Shown piece after piece: positions 10,513 to 20,096 of a stretch of DNA of 33,552 bases. A program made the position numbers and the translations under genes. The stretch is from sequence record DRR378314_1358; one strand, given 5' to 3'. Below the pieces are notes generated by a model. It was not told the origin of the DNA and made no database searches. It saw only the letters and a list, made by a program, of their open reading frames with translations. Numbering within the stretch: the stretch's first letter is position 1; every line of letters begins with the position of its first letter.

Positions 10513-11445
10513 TTATCTATATGGACTATTTTCTTCCCCAGTCAACATCTGAACATAACTCCGGTATCTGCTTGCCGCTATCTCATCTTTTTCCAAAGCA
10601 TCTTTTACCGCGCACTTGGGTTCATCCAAATGAAGGCAGTTATGAAACTTACATTCAGATTTCAAAGCAAAAAATTCTGGGAAATAATTTCCAATTTCAT
10701 GCTTCTCCATGTCCACAATACCAAAACCCTTTATACCTGGGGTGTCAATAATTCTGGCATCAAAGGAAAGGTCGTACATCTCGGCAAAGGTGGTGGTATG
10801 CTGCCCTTGCATATGCTGTTCGGAAATTTCAGCGGTTTTTAACTTTAGACCGGGCTCCAAGGCATTGACCAAGGTTGACTTGCCCACCCCGGAATGACCT
10901 GCGAACATACTGGTTTTGCCGAGCATCAATTTCTTAACCTTATCAATATTCCAACCTTTTTTTGCTTCGATTTGAATACAACTGTAACCAATTTTTGTAT
11001 AAATATCAATTAGATTATCAACCTCATATTTTTCTTCATTGCCATAAATATCCATCTTGTTGAAAAGAAGAACTGCAGGAATTTCATAGGCTTCTGCCGT
11101 TACCAAAAACCGATCGATAAAATTTGTGAATGTTGGTGGGTTGTTCAAAGTGACCAATAAAAAAACCTGATCAAGATTGGAAGCAATTATATGGGTCTGT
11201 TTGGAAAGTTTTACAGACTTGCGAACGATATAATTTTTACGTTCCCCAATTCCATGAATTATACCAAGCGTTTCATCCCCAATTGTTTCCAGTTCAAACT
11301 CCACATGGTCCCCAACTGCTACCGGATTGGTGCTTTTAATGCCTTGCGCCCGGAACTTCCCCTTGATACGGCATTCGTAAAACACTCCTTCCAAGGATTT
11401 TACGGTATACCAACTTCCCGTTGATTTATAAACAGTTCCGTCCAC
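10513..11445 (-). CDS. rsgA: Ribosome small subunit-dependent GTPase A
   Basis: Circularly permuted NKMD, GHSGVGKS, HTTT, DTPG; C-terminal CKFHNCLHLDEPKC zinc finger. Confidence 0.97.
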   Translation of the reverse strand: MDGTVYKSTGSWYTVKSLEGVFYECRIKGKFRAQGIKSTNPVAVGDHVEFELETIGDETLGIIHGIGERKNYIVRKSVKLSKQTHIIASNLDQVFLLVTLNNPPTFTNFIDRFLVTAEAYEIPAVLLFNKMDIYGNEEKYEVDNLIDIYTKIGYSCIQIEAKKGWNIDKVKKLMLGKTSMFAGHSGVGKSTLVNALEPGLKLKTAEISEQHMQGQHTTTFAEMYDLSFDARIIDTPGIKGFGIVDMEKHEIGNYFPEFFALKSECKFHNCLHLDEPKCAVKDALEKDEIAASRYRSYVQMLTGEENSPYR

Positions 11446-11498
11446 TATTTGTTCATATTTTGATTACAAAGTAACAACAATCTTCCTTTATCGTCCTA

Positions 11499-11506
11499 TA
11501 TCTTTG
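11499..11506 (+). promoter_or_regulatory. -7 promoter box for the 11541 ORF
   Basis: TATCTTTG, perfect TAnnTTTG, 34 nt before ATG. Confidence 0.6.
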
Positions 11507-11540
11507 TCAACAGTTCTAACAGTCAACAACTTAATCTATT

Positions 11541-11981
11541 ATGAAAAAAATTATTTTAGCTACCGTGGTAATGTTCGCAGCATCTTTTACCATGAATGCG
11601 CAACAGTACCATGTCGTTACCAGCGTTGAATCCATTGTGCCCAACGGATTGGGAAGGTCTAGAATTATTAATGCCTTGGAGGACAAGGATTATAAAGATT
11701 TTACAAGCGTACAAACAGAGGATGACAACACCCGAAACAAATCCAGTAGAAGTGAGATTCGTGTCAAGAATTTTGAGGAAACCAAGCTATTGAACTTCTA
11801 CAACATAGGTGGTATCCGTTTTCAGAACATTGCGGCAAACGATGCCGTAATCACTTCCATGATCAATGACATGGTTTCCAACGGATGGGAATTGGCCTTT
11901 GTGGTAAGCGGTGTTGAAAGTGAGGCTGGGAAAGGAGATGGACAAGGTATTTTTATAACCCGTTACATCTTTAAAAAGTAA
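11541..11981 (+). CDS. Secreted hypothetical protein, C-terminus resembles DUF4177 (GWEL...YIFKK)
   Basis: MKK-hydrophobic-MNA|QQ signal peptide, own promoter and terminator. Confidence 0.85.
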   Translation: MKKIILATVVMFAASFTMNAQQYHVVTSVESIVPNGLGRSRIINALEDKDYKDFTSVQTEDDNTRNKSSRSEIRVKNFEETKLLNFYNIGGIRFQNIAANDAVITSMINDMVSNGWELAFVVSGVESEAGKGDGQGIFITRYIFKK

Positions 11982-12004
11982 ATTCTTTCCAAATCCAAAA
12001 AAAC

Positions 12005-12036
12005 AAAAAAAGCCCTCCGGTATTGGAGGGCTTTTT
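12005..12036. terminator. Bidirectional intrinsic terminator
   Basis: AAAAAAA-GCCCTCC-GGTATT-GGAGGGC-TTTTT between convergent genes. Confidence 0.9.
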
Positions 12037-12052
12037 ATGACAACAAATTTTA

Positions 12053-12727
12053 TTAATCCTTAAAGTAGACTCTTCCGCCCACAAAAGTTTTTTTATGAAC
12101 GGTTTGCGGGTTGCCGTACACACTTACATCACCACCAGCTCTTACACTAATATCGACCAGCTCTGAAGCAAACACATCTGCTTCTCCTCCCGCTGAAATT
12201 TTAACATCGGTTGTGGAGGTCCTTAGTTCTCTCCCTTCAAAAATACCACCGGTATTGATAACTATCGTTTGGTTTTTTGCCAAACCTGAGGCTTGAACAA
12301 TACCACCCGTTACCGCACGTATATCGGCATAATCCACATCCATTCCAATTCGGATGGCTGCCCCTTCTTGGGCCCGAAGTTCAATTTTACTTTTCTTTAC
12401 CATCTCGTTACAGGTAATCTGGGCACCTTCGTTGCCATCGATAACGTCCAAATTGGTATAGTAGACTTCGATCATGGTGTCCTCGCCCTGGAACTTTTTG
12501 TCCAACTGCATTCTAAGTTTCAAGGTTCCATTTTTATTGGTCCATTTAATATCATGGACATTCCAGCCTTTGATCATGATTTTGTTCTCATCGGATTGGA
12601 TCAAATTGACTTCGATTAAATCAAAAACCTTGATTTTGTTGAATTCCCCGACTTCCTTATCAATGATTTGTTGTGAAAACATAACCAAGGGAAGCAAAAG
12701 AAAGCCTAGCGCGTATATTTTTTTCAT
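12053..12727 (-). CDS. Secreted head GIN domain (DUF2807) protein
   Basis: MKKIY signal peptide, EFNKIKV, repeated A/N-x-GG beta-strand pattern, VYGNP; ATG at 12727. Confidence 0.85.
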   Translation of the reverse strand: MKKIYALGFLLLPLVMFSQQIIDKEVGEFNKIKVFDLIEVNLIQSDENKIMIKGWNVHDIKWTNKNGTLKLRMQLDKKFQGEDTMIEVYYTNLDVIDGNEGAQITCNEMVKKSKIELRAQEGAAIRIGMDVDYADIRAVTGGIVQASGLAKNQTIVINTGGIFEGRELRTSTTDVKISAGGEADVFASELVDISVRAGGDVSVYGNPQTVHKKTFVGGRVYFKD

Positions 12728-12851
12728 GATAGAGTGTTTTTGTTCCACAAAGATGACCCCTTTCCCTGATTGTTACAGTTTTGAAACAAAAAACTATTTG
12801 CAGCCCTGGAATTTAACCAAAGTCACAAATAGTTCTTCAATAATCCTGATT

Positions 12852-12877
12852 AAAAAACTGATTGTCCGCAATCAACC
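12852..12877 (-). terminator. Probable terminator of the aromatic amino acid operon
   Basis: Minus strand GGTTGATTG-CGGA-CAATCAG-TTTTTT. Confidence 0.6.
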
Positions 12878-12935
12878 ATAATGCACTGACCCTTCCAGCA
12901 GTCAAAAAGTTATTGGGCCCAACGTCTTAAAAATG

Positions 12936-12961
12936 AGGTATCGACTGCGCTCGACCTGACA
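12936..12961 (-). repeat. YGTCA-tagged palindromic repeat, family A (intergenic)
   Basis: Reverse complement TGTCA-GGT-CGAGCGCAGTCGAT-ACC-T. Confidence 0.85.
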
Positions 12962-13009
12962 ACTTTTTGTTTATATGGTTGATTACGGAAATTCAACTAA
13001 AAAAAACGT

Positions 13010-14092
13010 CTATGCGTTGATGATTTTTTCTTGGTGGTTGATGGATTCCTGGTGAATGGCCTTGAACATTTTCAAGACAAATTCCTCGCTCAATCCACGT
13101 TGTTCACCTTCCAAGATCATATTGCCCAAAATGGCGTTCCAACGGTTGCTTTGGAGCACCGCTACGTTCTTCTGTTTCTTCAACTCGCCAATTCCATCGG
13201 AAACCTTCATTCGTTTGCCCATTAGATCGATCAATTGATTGTCCAAAATATCAATCTGAGCTCTTAGATTGCTCAAATTGTTCTGGTATTCGGCTTCCTC
13301 ATTGGTTTCCTTTCTTATGCGTAAATCTTTCATCATCTGAACCAAAGTTTTCGGGGTTACCTGCTGGGCAGCATCACTCCATGCATTGTCGGGATCGTAA
13401 TGCGTTTCGATCATCAAACCATCAAAGTTCAGATCCAAAGCCGTTTGCGATACATCAAAAACCATGTCGCGTTTTCCTGTAATGTGACTTGGATCGTTTA
13501 TGATGGGCAAATCAGGAAATTTGGTTTGCAACTCAATGGCCAATTGCCATTCCGGAATATTACGGTATTTGGTTTTTTCGTACGTGGAGAAACCTCTGTG
13601 AATCACGCCTAATTTTTCAATATTGGCGGAGTGCAAACGCTCCACGGCACCCAACCAAAGTGAAAGGTCTGGATTCACTGGGTTCTTTACCAAAACAATT
13701 TTATCGGTCCCTTCCAGGGCATCGGCAATTTCTTGAACAATAAATGGACTAACGGTAGAGCGTGCTCCTATCCACAACAAATCCACATCGTGCTCCAAGG
13801 CAAGGTCAACGTGTGCCCTGTTGGCTACTTCCGTAGCTGTTTTTAGACCTGTTTCTTCTTTTACTTTTTGCAACCACTTTAATCCAATGGCTCCAACTCC
13901 TTCAAAATTTCCTGGACGAGTTCTTGGTTTCCAGATTCCAGCACGGTAATAGCTCACATCGGTATCCTTGAGCTCGTGTGCTATTTTCAGAACTTGCTCT
14001 TCGGTTTCCGCGCTGCACGGACCAGCTACTACCAAGGGATGACCCAAATTCATGTCATCCAACCATTTTCTCATTTCCTTTTTGTTTTCCAT
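13010..14092 (-). CDS. Bifunctional DAHP synthase (type I-beta) / chorismate mutase
   Basis: AGPCSAE, KPRT, IGAR, DPSH, SDAAQQ; C-terminal LRAQIDILD...R..V..IG.LK AroQ-type mutase. Confidence 0.93.
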   Translation of the reverse strand: MENKKEMRKWLDDMNLGHPLVVAGPCSAETEEQVLKIAHELKDTDVSYYRAGIWKPRTRPGNFEGVGAIGLKWLQKVKEETGLKTATEVANRAHVDLALEHDVDLLWIGARSTVSPFIVQEIADALEGTDKIVLVKNPVNPDLSLWLGAVERLHSANIEKLGVIHRGFSTYEKTKYRNIPEWQLAIELQTKFPDLPIINDPSHITGKRDMVFDVSQTALDLNFDGLMIETHYDPDNAWSDAAQQVTPKTLVQMMKDLRIRKETNEEAEYQNNLSNLRAQIDILDNQLIDLMGKRMKVSDGIGELKKQKNVAVLQSNRWNAILGNMILEGEQRGLSEEFVLKMFKAIHQESINHQEKIINA

Positions 14093-14100
14093 AATACGCT

Positions 14101-14961
14101 CTATTTTTTTGTAAGTGGTATTCCTTTTAGTATTTGTTTTATTCTATTGGTATTGCTCATTTCTTGATGGACATTTTCAAAATCGTTGTCCAAAATCAGT
14201 TGCTTAAACCTGGTAAGGTTCTGAATATATTCTTCCAACGTTTCCACAACATTGTCTTTGTTTTGTTCAAAAATGGGAGTCCACATATCGGGCGAACTTT
14301 TTGCCAAGCGAACGGTGCTCTCAAAACCACTACCTGCCATGTCAAAAATATCACGCTCATTTTTTTCTTTCTCAATAACCGTCTTTCCCAACATAAAAGA
14401 GCTAATGTGTGATAAATGGGATACGTAGGCGATATGTTTATCATGTGCCTCCGGGTTCATGTACCGGATTCGCATGCCGATGTCCTGAAAAATGGCCAAC
14501 GCTTTTTCCTGAAGCTTGAAGGCTGTTTTCTCCACTTCGCAGATTATCATCGTCTTTCCCGTGTACAAACCTTCAAAAGCCGCTGTTGGTCCCGAAAACT
14601 CGGTACCTGCAATGGGGTGACAAGCCATGAAATTTCTTCGTTTGGGATGCTCTGCCACTTGTTCGCAAATCAATCTTTTGGTAGAACCTGCATCCATCAC
14701 TACGGTTTCATCTCCGGCAGCATCCAATATTTTTGGCAATTCTGTGACCAAAACATTTACCGGGATGCCTACATAAACCAAATCCGCTGCTGCCAAAGCT
14801 GAATAATCGCTCTTCTTGTCAATAATCTGAAGTTGTAAAGCTTCATCCAGATGGGCCTCACTTTTATCCACACCAATGATTTCCGCTTCGGGATGCAGTT
14901 TTTTTACATCCTTTGCAAAAGAACCACCAATCAATCCAACTCCTATGACGACTACTTTCAT
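14101..14961 (-). CDS. tyrA: Prephenate dehydrogenase
   Basis: GVGLIGGS, DAGSTK, HPIAGTE, HD...SHLSH, RLAKSSPDMW. Confidence 0.94.
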   Translation of the reverse strand: MKVVVIGVGLIGGSFAKDVKKLHPEAEIIGVDKSEAHLDEALQLQIIDKKSDYSALAAADLVYVGIPVNVLVTELPKILDAAGDETVVMDAGSTKRLICEQVAEHPKRRNFMACHPIAGTEFSGPTAAFEGLYTGKTMIICEVEKTAFKLQEKALAIFQDIGMRIRYMNPEAHDKHIAYVSHLSHISSFMLGKTVIEKEKNERDIFDMAGSGFESTVRLAKSSPDMWTPIFEQNKDNVVETLEEYIQNLTRFKQLILDNDFENVHQEMSNTNRIKQILKGIPLTKK

Positions 14962-14964
14962 AAT

Positions 14965-16107
14965 CTAAAATCTTTCTATGGCTTCTTTGATTTTATCTTC
15001 TTTCACACAAAGGGAAAAACGAATATAGCCTTCGCCATTGCTTCCAAAAATGGTTCCCGGAGCAATGAAAATATCTTTATCGTACAACACCTTGTCAATA
15101 AATTCTTCAGATGGTTCAGCTCCTTTGGGCAATTTGCACCAAACAAACATTCCCACCGCATTTTTATCGTAAGTACATCCCAATTTGTCTGCCAATTGGA
15201 ACATCAATTCCCGTCTTTTGGTATACACCTTATCCAAAGCTTCGAACCATTCCGGTCCACTTTGCAAGGCTGCGATAGCCCCTTTTTGAATGCCGTAAAA
15301 CATTCCGGAATCCATATTGCTCTTCACTTTTAAAACCGCATTGATGTGTTCCGCATTGCCCAGCACCATTCCCACACGCCAACCTGCCATATTAAAGGTC
15401 TTGCTCAAGCTGTTAAGCTCCAAGGTGCAGTCTTTGGCTCCTTCGATAGACAAAATACTGGTCGGGTTACTAGAGAGTACAAAGCTGTATGGGTTATCGT
15501 TCACCAGAAGAATGTTGTTGGCATTTGCAAAATCCACAAGAGACTTTAGCTGCTCCATCGTTGCAGTAGCTCCGGTGGGCATATGTGGATAACTGATCCA
15601 CATTAATTTCACTTTGGACAGGTCTTTCTTGGAAAGCTCCTCCAAGTCCGGAAACCAACCATTTTCCGCTTTCAAATCATAGGTAACCGGCACACCGCCC
15701 ACCAAATTGGTAACAGATGCATAGGTTGGGTAACCCGGATTGGGCAACAATACCTCATCTCCTTCGTTCAAAAAGGCCATACTAATGTGCATGATTCCTT
15801 CCTTGGAACCCATCAAAGGCAATATCTCCGCATTCGGATCTACCGATACTTCAAACTTTTGCTGATAGAAGTCGGCAATTGCCTCCCGTAACTGAGGTAA
15901 TCCTTGGTAGCTTTGATATTGGTGTGCCCCCGCCTCGATTATAGAATCCCGAAGCGTTTCCAACACCTGTGGCGATGGTGCCAAATCCGGACTGCCAATC
16001 CCCATATTGATAATGGGCTTGCCTTCGGCAATCAATCCTCTTACCTCTCGTAATTTTTTGGAGAAGTAGTATTCCTGAACGGTATTTAATCTATCTGCTG
16101 TTACCAT
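14965..16107 (-). CDS. Class I/II PLP-dependent aminotransferase, likely the aromatic transaminase of the operon
   Basis: GSKEG, PGYPTY, DNPY, SLSKTFNMAGWRVG; located in the pheA-tyrA operon. Confidence 0.88.
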   Translation of the reverse strand: MVTADRLNTVQEYYFSKKLREVRGLIAEGKPIINMGIGSPDLAPSPQVLETLRDSIIEAGAHQYQSYQGLPQLREAIADFYQQKFEVSVDPNAEILPLMGSKEGIMHISMAFLNEGDEVLLPNPGYPTYASVTNLVGGVPVTYDLKAENGWFPDLEELSKKDLSKVKLMWISYPHMPTGATATMEQLKSLVDFANANNILLVNDNPYSFVLSSNPTSILSIEGAKDCTLELNSLSKTFNMAGWRVGMVLGNAEHINAVLKVKSNMDSGMFYGIQKGAIAALQSGPEWFEALDKVYTKRRELMFQLADKLGCTYDKNAVGMFVWCKLPKGAEPSEEFIDKVLYDKDIFIAPGTIFGSNGEGYIRFSLCVKEDKIKEAIERF

Positions 16108-16934
16108 TACAACAATGCATTTTTATATTCTCCCAAAACCCTGAAATCTTCGGCCATGATCTGCAACAAAGATTTTGTTTTGGCAAAATGCTCATATTTA
16201 TCAAAAGTTACATCCACGAAAAAGGCATATTTCCAAGGGGTCTCGATTACAGGTAAGGACTGAATTTTAGTCATATTCATATTACAATCGCTCATTACGT
16301 TCAACACCGTGGCTAAACTTCCTCTTTTATGATCGGTTATAAATCGTAACGATGCCTTATTGATTTCCTCTTCTGGCAGCACTTTGTTTTGTTTTTTAAG
16401 GACAATGAACCGTGTGGAATTGTTCACAATGGTCTGGATGTTGTCCGCTATAATTTCCAAATCGTATAATTCGGCAGCCATTTTCGGAGCGATGGCAGCA
16501 ATGTGTTCCAGGTTTTCTTCATTGATGCGCTTCGCAGTCTCCGCGGTATCCACACTTTCTACCAATTTGATCTGTGGATGTGCCTTAAAAAATTCTTTGC
16601 ACTGCAATAGTGCCATAGGATGCGAATGTACTTCTTGGATATCATCAAAAGATCTCCCTTTCATCACCATTAGGTTATGGTGAATGTTGAGATAATGCTC
16701 CCCGATTACGTGGATATTATTATGATAAACCAGATTATAATTGGGAATTATGGAACCTGCGATTGAGTTTTCGATGGCCATAATACCTTTGTCTGCAGCA
16801 CCATCCAGCAAACTGTCGATAACGGCATCAAAAGAGTTGCATTCGAGCAAATCAATGTTTTGTCCGAAAAAATCCGTGGCCACTTGATGGTGGTTCGATC
16901 CTTTTATTCCTTGTATGGCGACTTTTAATTCCAT
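16107..16934 (-). CDS. pheA: Prephenate dehydratase with ACT domain
   Basis: IENSIAGSI, SHPMALLQC, NSTRF, TKIQSLP, YAFFVD. Confidence 0.95.
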   Translation of the reverse strand: MELKVAIQGIKGSNHHQVATDFFGQNIDLLECNSFDAVIDSLLDGAADKGIMAIENSIAGSIIPNYNLVYHNNIHVIGEHYLNIHHNLMVMKGRSFDDIQEVHSHPMALLQCKEFFKAHPQIKLVESVDTAETAKRINEENLEHIAAIAPKMAAELYDLEIIADNIQTIVNNSTRFIVLKKQNKVLPEEEINKASLRFITDHKRGSLATVLNVMSDCNMNMTKIQSLPVIETPWKYAFFVDVTFDKYEHFAKTKSLLQIMAEDFRVLGEYKNALL

Positions 16935-16937
16935 TGC

Positions 16938-17008
16938 AAAAAAAAAGCCCCGATTGTATCGGGACTTTATAAATTGGTTATACTTTAAACGTATCTACAA
17001 TAGTCCCG
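16938..17008 (-). promoter_or_regulatory. Transcription attenuator (terminator + antiterminator) of pheA operon
   Basis: Terminator AGTCCCGAT-ACA-ATCGGGGCT-T8 (16966-16938); leader segment CGGGACT (17008-17002) is complementary to its 5' arm AGTCCCG. Confidence 0.88.
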
Positions 17009-17066
17009 TGCCTCTTTGAAAAAAGAAGTAAAAATAAAAACGGTTCCAGAAATACGTGTTTGTCAT
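16995..17066 (-). CDS. Aromatic amino acid leader peptide MTNTYFWNRFYFYFFFQRGTGLL
   Basis: Read directly, ATG 17066 to TAG 16995; 6 Phe, 3 Tyr, 1 Trp in codons 5-16; precedes the attenuator and pheA. Confidence 0.9.
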   Translation of the reverse strand: MTNTYFWNRFYFYFFFQRGTGLL

Positions 17067-17282
17067 TTCGTTGTTAATTGTCGGCTAATTTAGGTATTCA
17101 ATCGGAAACACACAGACATTACCAAATTTTTTTTGATTTTTTTCAAAAAAGACATTTTCACTGCATATTATTTTACAGAAACCATGCTTTTTTAAGAATT
17201 CCTATTTCCGCGACTACTCCTGAGCATTTCTAAACCACATTTCCTAGATTTTGAAACCCAAGGATTAAACCATCTAAAAGTG

Positions 17283-17290
17283 TATTTTTG
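17283..17290 (+). promoter_or_regulatory. -7 promoter box for the 17312 ORF / gldA
   Basis: TATTTTTG 21 nt before ATG. Confidence 0.5.
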
Positions 17291-17311
17291 ATTCGACTCT
17301 AAGCCTTCACA

Positions 17312-17656
17312 ATGAAAAATGGAACGTATACTTTAAGAGAAAAGCCAAAATTTGAAATTGATTTGTCCGATAATTCCATTAAAATAGTTGATAAAAGCAA
17401 GGTTCAGTCAAGCTCATCATTTATACTTGATAAGATTGAAACATTTGAAATAAAAGAAAGAAGAACCAATTGGTTGATTACTATCCTTAGTTTTGTTGTG
17501 GAAATCTTTTCGAGTATTTCCGTTCCCGGAAAATATTCAGAAGGTTCACAATTGCTTATGGAATACGAAGGAAATACATTTAAGTATTATCTGAATGATT
17601 GTGACCTGAATCTTCTGAGTGAAATTCAAAACAAACTACAAAACATAACCCAATAA
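17312..17656 (+). CDS. Hypothetical protein, AT-rich, one central hydrophobic segment
   Basis: 114-aa ORF filling the gap before gldA, stop abuts gldA ATG (TAAATG). Confidence 0.7.
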   Translation: MKNGTYTLREKPKFEIDLSDNSIKIVDKSKVQSSSSFILDKIETFEIKERRTNWLITILSFVVEIFSSISVPGKYSEGSQLLMEYEGNTFKYYLNDCDLNLLSEIQNKLQNITQ

Positions 17657-18550
17657 ATGTCCATCACTGTACAGAACATCACAAAAACCTTTGGTTCGCA
17701 AAAAGCATTGAACAATGTTTCGTTTACCATAAACAAGGGAGAAGTCGTAGGTTTTTTAGGCCCAAACGGTGCCGGAAAATCCACCATGATGCGAATTTTG
17801 ACCACTTTTTATAAAGCGGACAATGGTAAAGCAGCTGTAAATGGTTTTGATGTGTTGGAGGCGGAAAAAGACGTTCAAAAAAGTATCGGGTATCTGCCAG
17901 AGCACAATCCACTATACTTGGAAATGTATGTAAAAGAGTATTTGGCCTTTAATGCAGATGTGTACAAGGTGGACAAATCCAAAATCAATGCTATTATTGA
18001 ACAGACAGGATTGTCACCCGAAGCCCACAAAAAAATTGGGCAGCTATCCAAAGGATACCGCCAGCGTGTAGGACTTGCCGCTGCGTTGCTTCACGATCCC
18101 GAAGTTTTGATCTTGGATGAACCCACCACGGGACTCGACCCGAATCAATTGATCGAGATCCGAAAACTGATCCGGGAAATCGGCAAAGAGAAAACCATTT
18201 TACTCTCCACGCATATTATGAAAGAGGTTGAGGCCGTTTGCGATCGGGTAATCATCATCAACAAAGGAAAACTGGTGGCCGACAAAAAACTGGAGGAACT
18301 TCGCGAAGCAGAGGAACAGATCATTGAAGTGGAGTTTGATTATCGTGTGGAAGAACAATTGCTGCAGCAAATGCCCAATGTTTCCAAGGTGAAGAATACC
18401 GGTGGTTTTGTTTATGAAATTACCTTCACTACTTCAAAAGATATGCGATCCAAAGTGTTCGATTTTGCTCACGACAATAAATTAAAAACACTCCAACTCA
18501 GCAGAAAAAACAAAAATCTGGAGAGCTTGTTTACCGAACTTACTTCTTAA
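17657..18550 (+). CDS. gldA: Gliding motility ABC transporter ATP-binding subunit GldA
   Basis: GPNGAGKS, IGYLPEHNPLY, LSKGYRQRVGLA, ILDEPT, C-terminal LESLFTELT. Confidence 0.9.
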   Translation: MSITVQNITKTFGSQKALNNVSFTINKGEVVGFLGPNGAGKSTMMRILTTFYKADNGKAAVNGFDVLEAEKDVQKSIGYLPEHNPLYLEMYVKEYLAFNADVYKVDKSKINAIIEQTGLSPEAHKKIGQLSKGYRQRVGLAAALLHDPEVLILDEPTTGLDPNQLIEIRKLIREIGKEKTILLSTHIMKEVEAVCDRVIIINKGKLVADKKLEELREAEEQIIEVEFDYRVEEQLLQQMPNVSKVKNTGGFVYEITFTTSKDMRSKVFDFAHDNKLKTLQLSRKNKNLESLFTELTS

Positions 18551-18614
18551 CCTTTCCCTGTTCTGTTTGATTTGACTAAGGTCTGAAATTGACAAAAAAC
18601 CGTTGAAAATATGG

Positions 18615-18622
18615 TACTTTTG
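18615..18622 (+). promoter_or_regulatory. -7 promoter box for the decarboxylase gene
   Basis: TACTTTTG 22 nt upstream of ATG 18645. Confidence 0.6.
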
Positions 18623-18644
18623 CGGTTCAGTAGAAAAAGGACCT

Positions 18645-20096
18645 ATGAAGAAGAATACCGCCAGATTGGAACTCTCCAAAGAAGAAATGAAAAGCTATGG
18701 GTATCAGATTATTGATGCCATCGTGGAACATCACGCTACGCAAGACCAAAAATTGCCCGTGGCTTTAGGCTCACGAGAAGAAATGGACTCTTTGTTTCTG
18801 GAGGAAGCTCCCGAACAAGGTGCCGATCCAACCCAAGTACTCGACTTCGTACTGGAAAAAGTGATGACCAACAGCGCCAATATGGCTCACCCAAAGTCAT
18901 TTTCTTTTGTCCCTGGACCTAGCAACTATGTGAGTGTTATGGCCGATGCGCTTGCAACTGGCTACAACATCTTTTCTGGAGGATGGGCTGCCAGTCCTGC
19001 AGCTGCCGAACTGGAAATTGTAACCATCCAATGGCTGTTGAAGATTTTTGGTTTTCCCAAGAAAAAAGGAGGTGGCATCTTTACCAGTGGAGGTTCCATG
19101 GCCAATCTTACCGCAGTTGTTACCGCCCGACGAATAAAATGTGGTGATGATTTTTCCAAAGCGGTCATTTATCTATCCGATCAAGCGCACTCATCCAACA
19201 TTAAAGCCATTCGGGTACTGGGCTTCAAAAAAGAACAGATTAGAATCATTCCTACGGACAGCGAACTCAAGTTTTCTGTAAACAAGTTGAAAAACTGCAT
19301 CGCCAAAGACAGATTGGAAGGTCTTTATCCATTCTGTTTGATTGCTACTGCGGGAACTACCAACACTGGAACGGTTGACCCATTGGTGGAATTGGGCAAA
19401 ATTTGCAAGAAAGAGGATATCTGGTTCCATATTGATGGTGCCTACGGGGGAGCGGCCATCCTATCCCAAAAAGGTAAGCAAGCTATGAAAGGGATTGAAA
19501 AAGCGGATTCCTTGACCGTGGACCCACACAAATGGTTTTTTCAGCCCTATGAAATGGGTTGCCTTTTGGTGCGGAACCACAAAAACCTTAGCCATACCTT
19601 CACCGAAAAGCCTGAATATTTAAGAGATATCGAGGGCAATACTTCTGAAATCAATTTTTATGACCATGGCATCCAATTGACCCGTAGGTTCAGGGCCCTA
19701 AAATTTTATATGTCCCTAAAAACTTTCGGTTTAAAAGAATTCCGAGACGCTATCACCTATAATATTGATTTAGCCGAAGAAGTTGAAACCATGTTGAGAG
19801 GCAGTAAAAGTTGGGAAGTCGTCTTCCCAGCAACCTTGGCGGTCATCAATTTTAGGTACAACCCCATAAGCAAAAATTATTCGGAGAAAGAATTGGACAA
19901 AATCAACCAATACATTTCTGGAAAGGTGGTGGACTCGCGCAAAGCTTTGCTTGTTACCACCATTTTAAATGGGCAGATTGTGCTACGGATGTGCCTGATC
20001 AATCCAAGAACCACTATGAAGGATGTGACCGATACGTTTGACCTCTGCAAAAAGTACGCACTGGAAATTGAGGAGGAGTTGGCAAGTAAGGTTTAG
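18645..20096 (+). CDS. Group II PLP-dependent amino acid decarboxylase (substrate unassigned)
   Basis: GGSMANL, AHSS, AGTTNTG, HIDGAYGG, DPHKW (PLP lysine). Confidence 0.9.
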   Translation: MKKNTARLELSKEEMKSYGYQIIDAIVEHHATQDQKLPVALGSREEMDSLFLEEAPEQGADPTQVLDFVLEKVMTNSANMAHPKSFSFVPGPSNYVSVMADALATGYNIFSGGWAASPAAAELEIVTIQWLLKIFGFPKKKGGGIFTSGGSMANLTAVVTARRIKCGDDFSKAVIYLSDQAHSSNIKAIRVLGFKKEQIRIIPTDSELKFSVNKLKNCIAKDRLEGLYPFCLIATAGTTNTGTVDPLVELGKICKKEDIWFHIDGAYGGAAILSQKGKQAMKGIEKADSLTVDPHKWFFQPYEMGCLLVRNHKNLSHTFTEKPEYLRDIEGNTSEINFYDHGIQLTRRFRALKFYMSLKTFGLKEFRDAITYNIDLAEEVETMLRGSKSWEVVFPATLAVINFRYNPISKNYSEKELDKINQYISGKVVDSRKALLVTTILNGQIVLRMCLINPRTTMKDVTDTFDLCKKYALEIEEELASKV

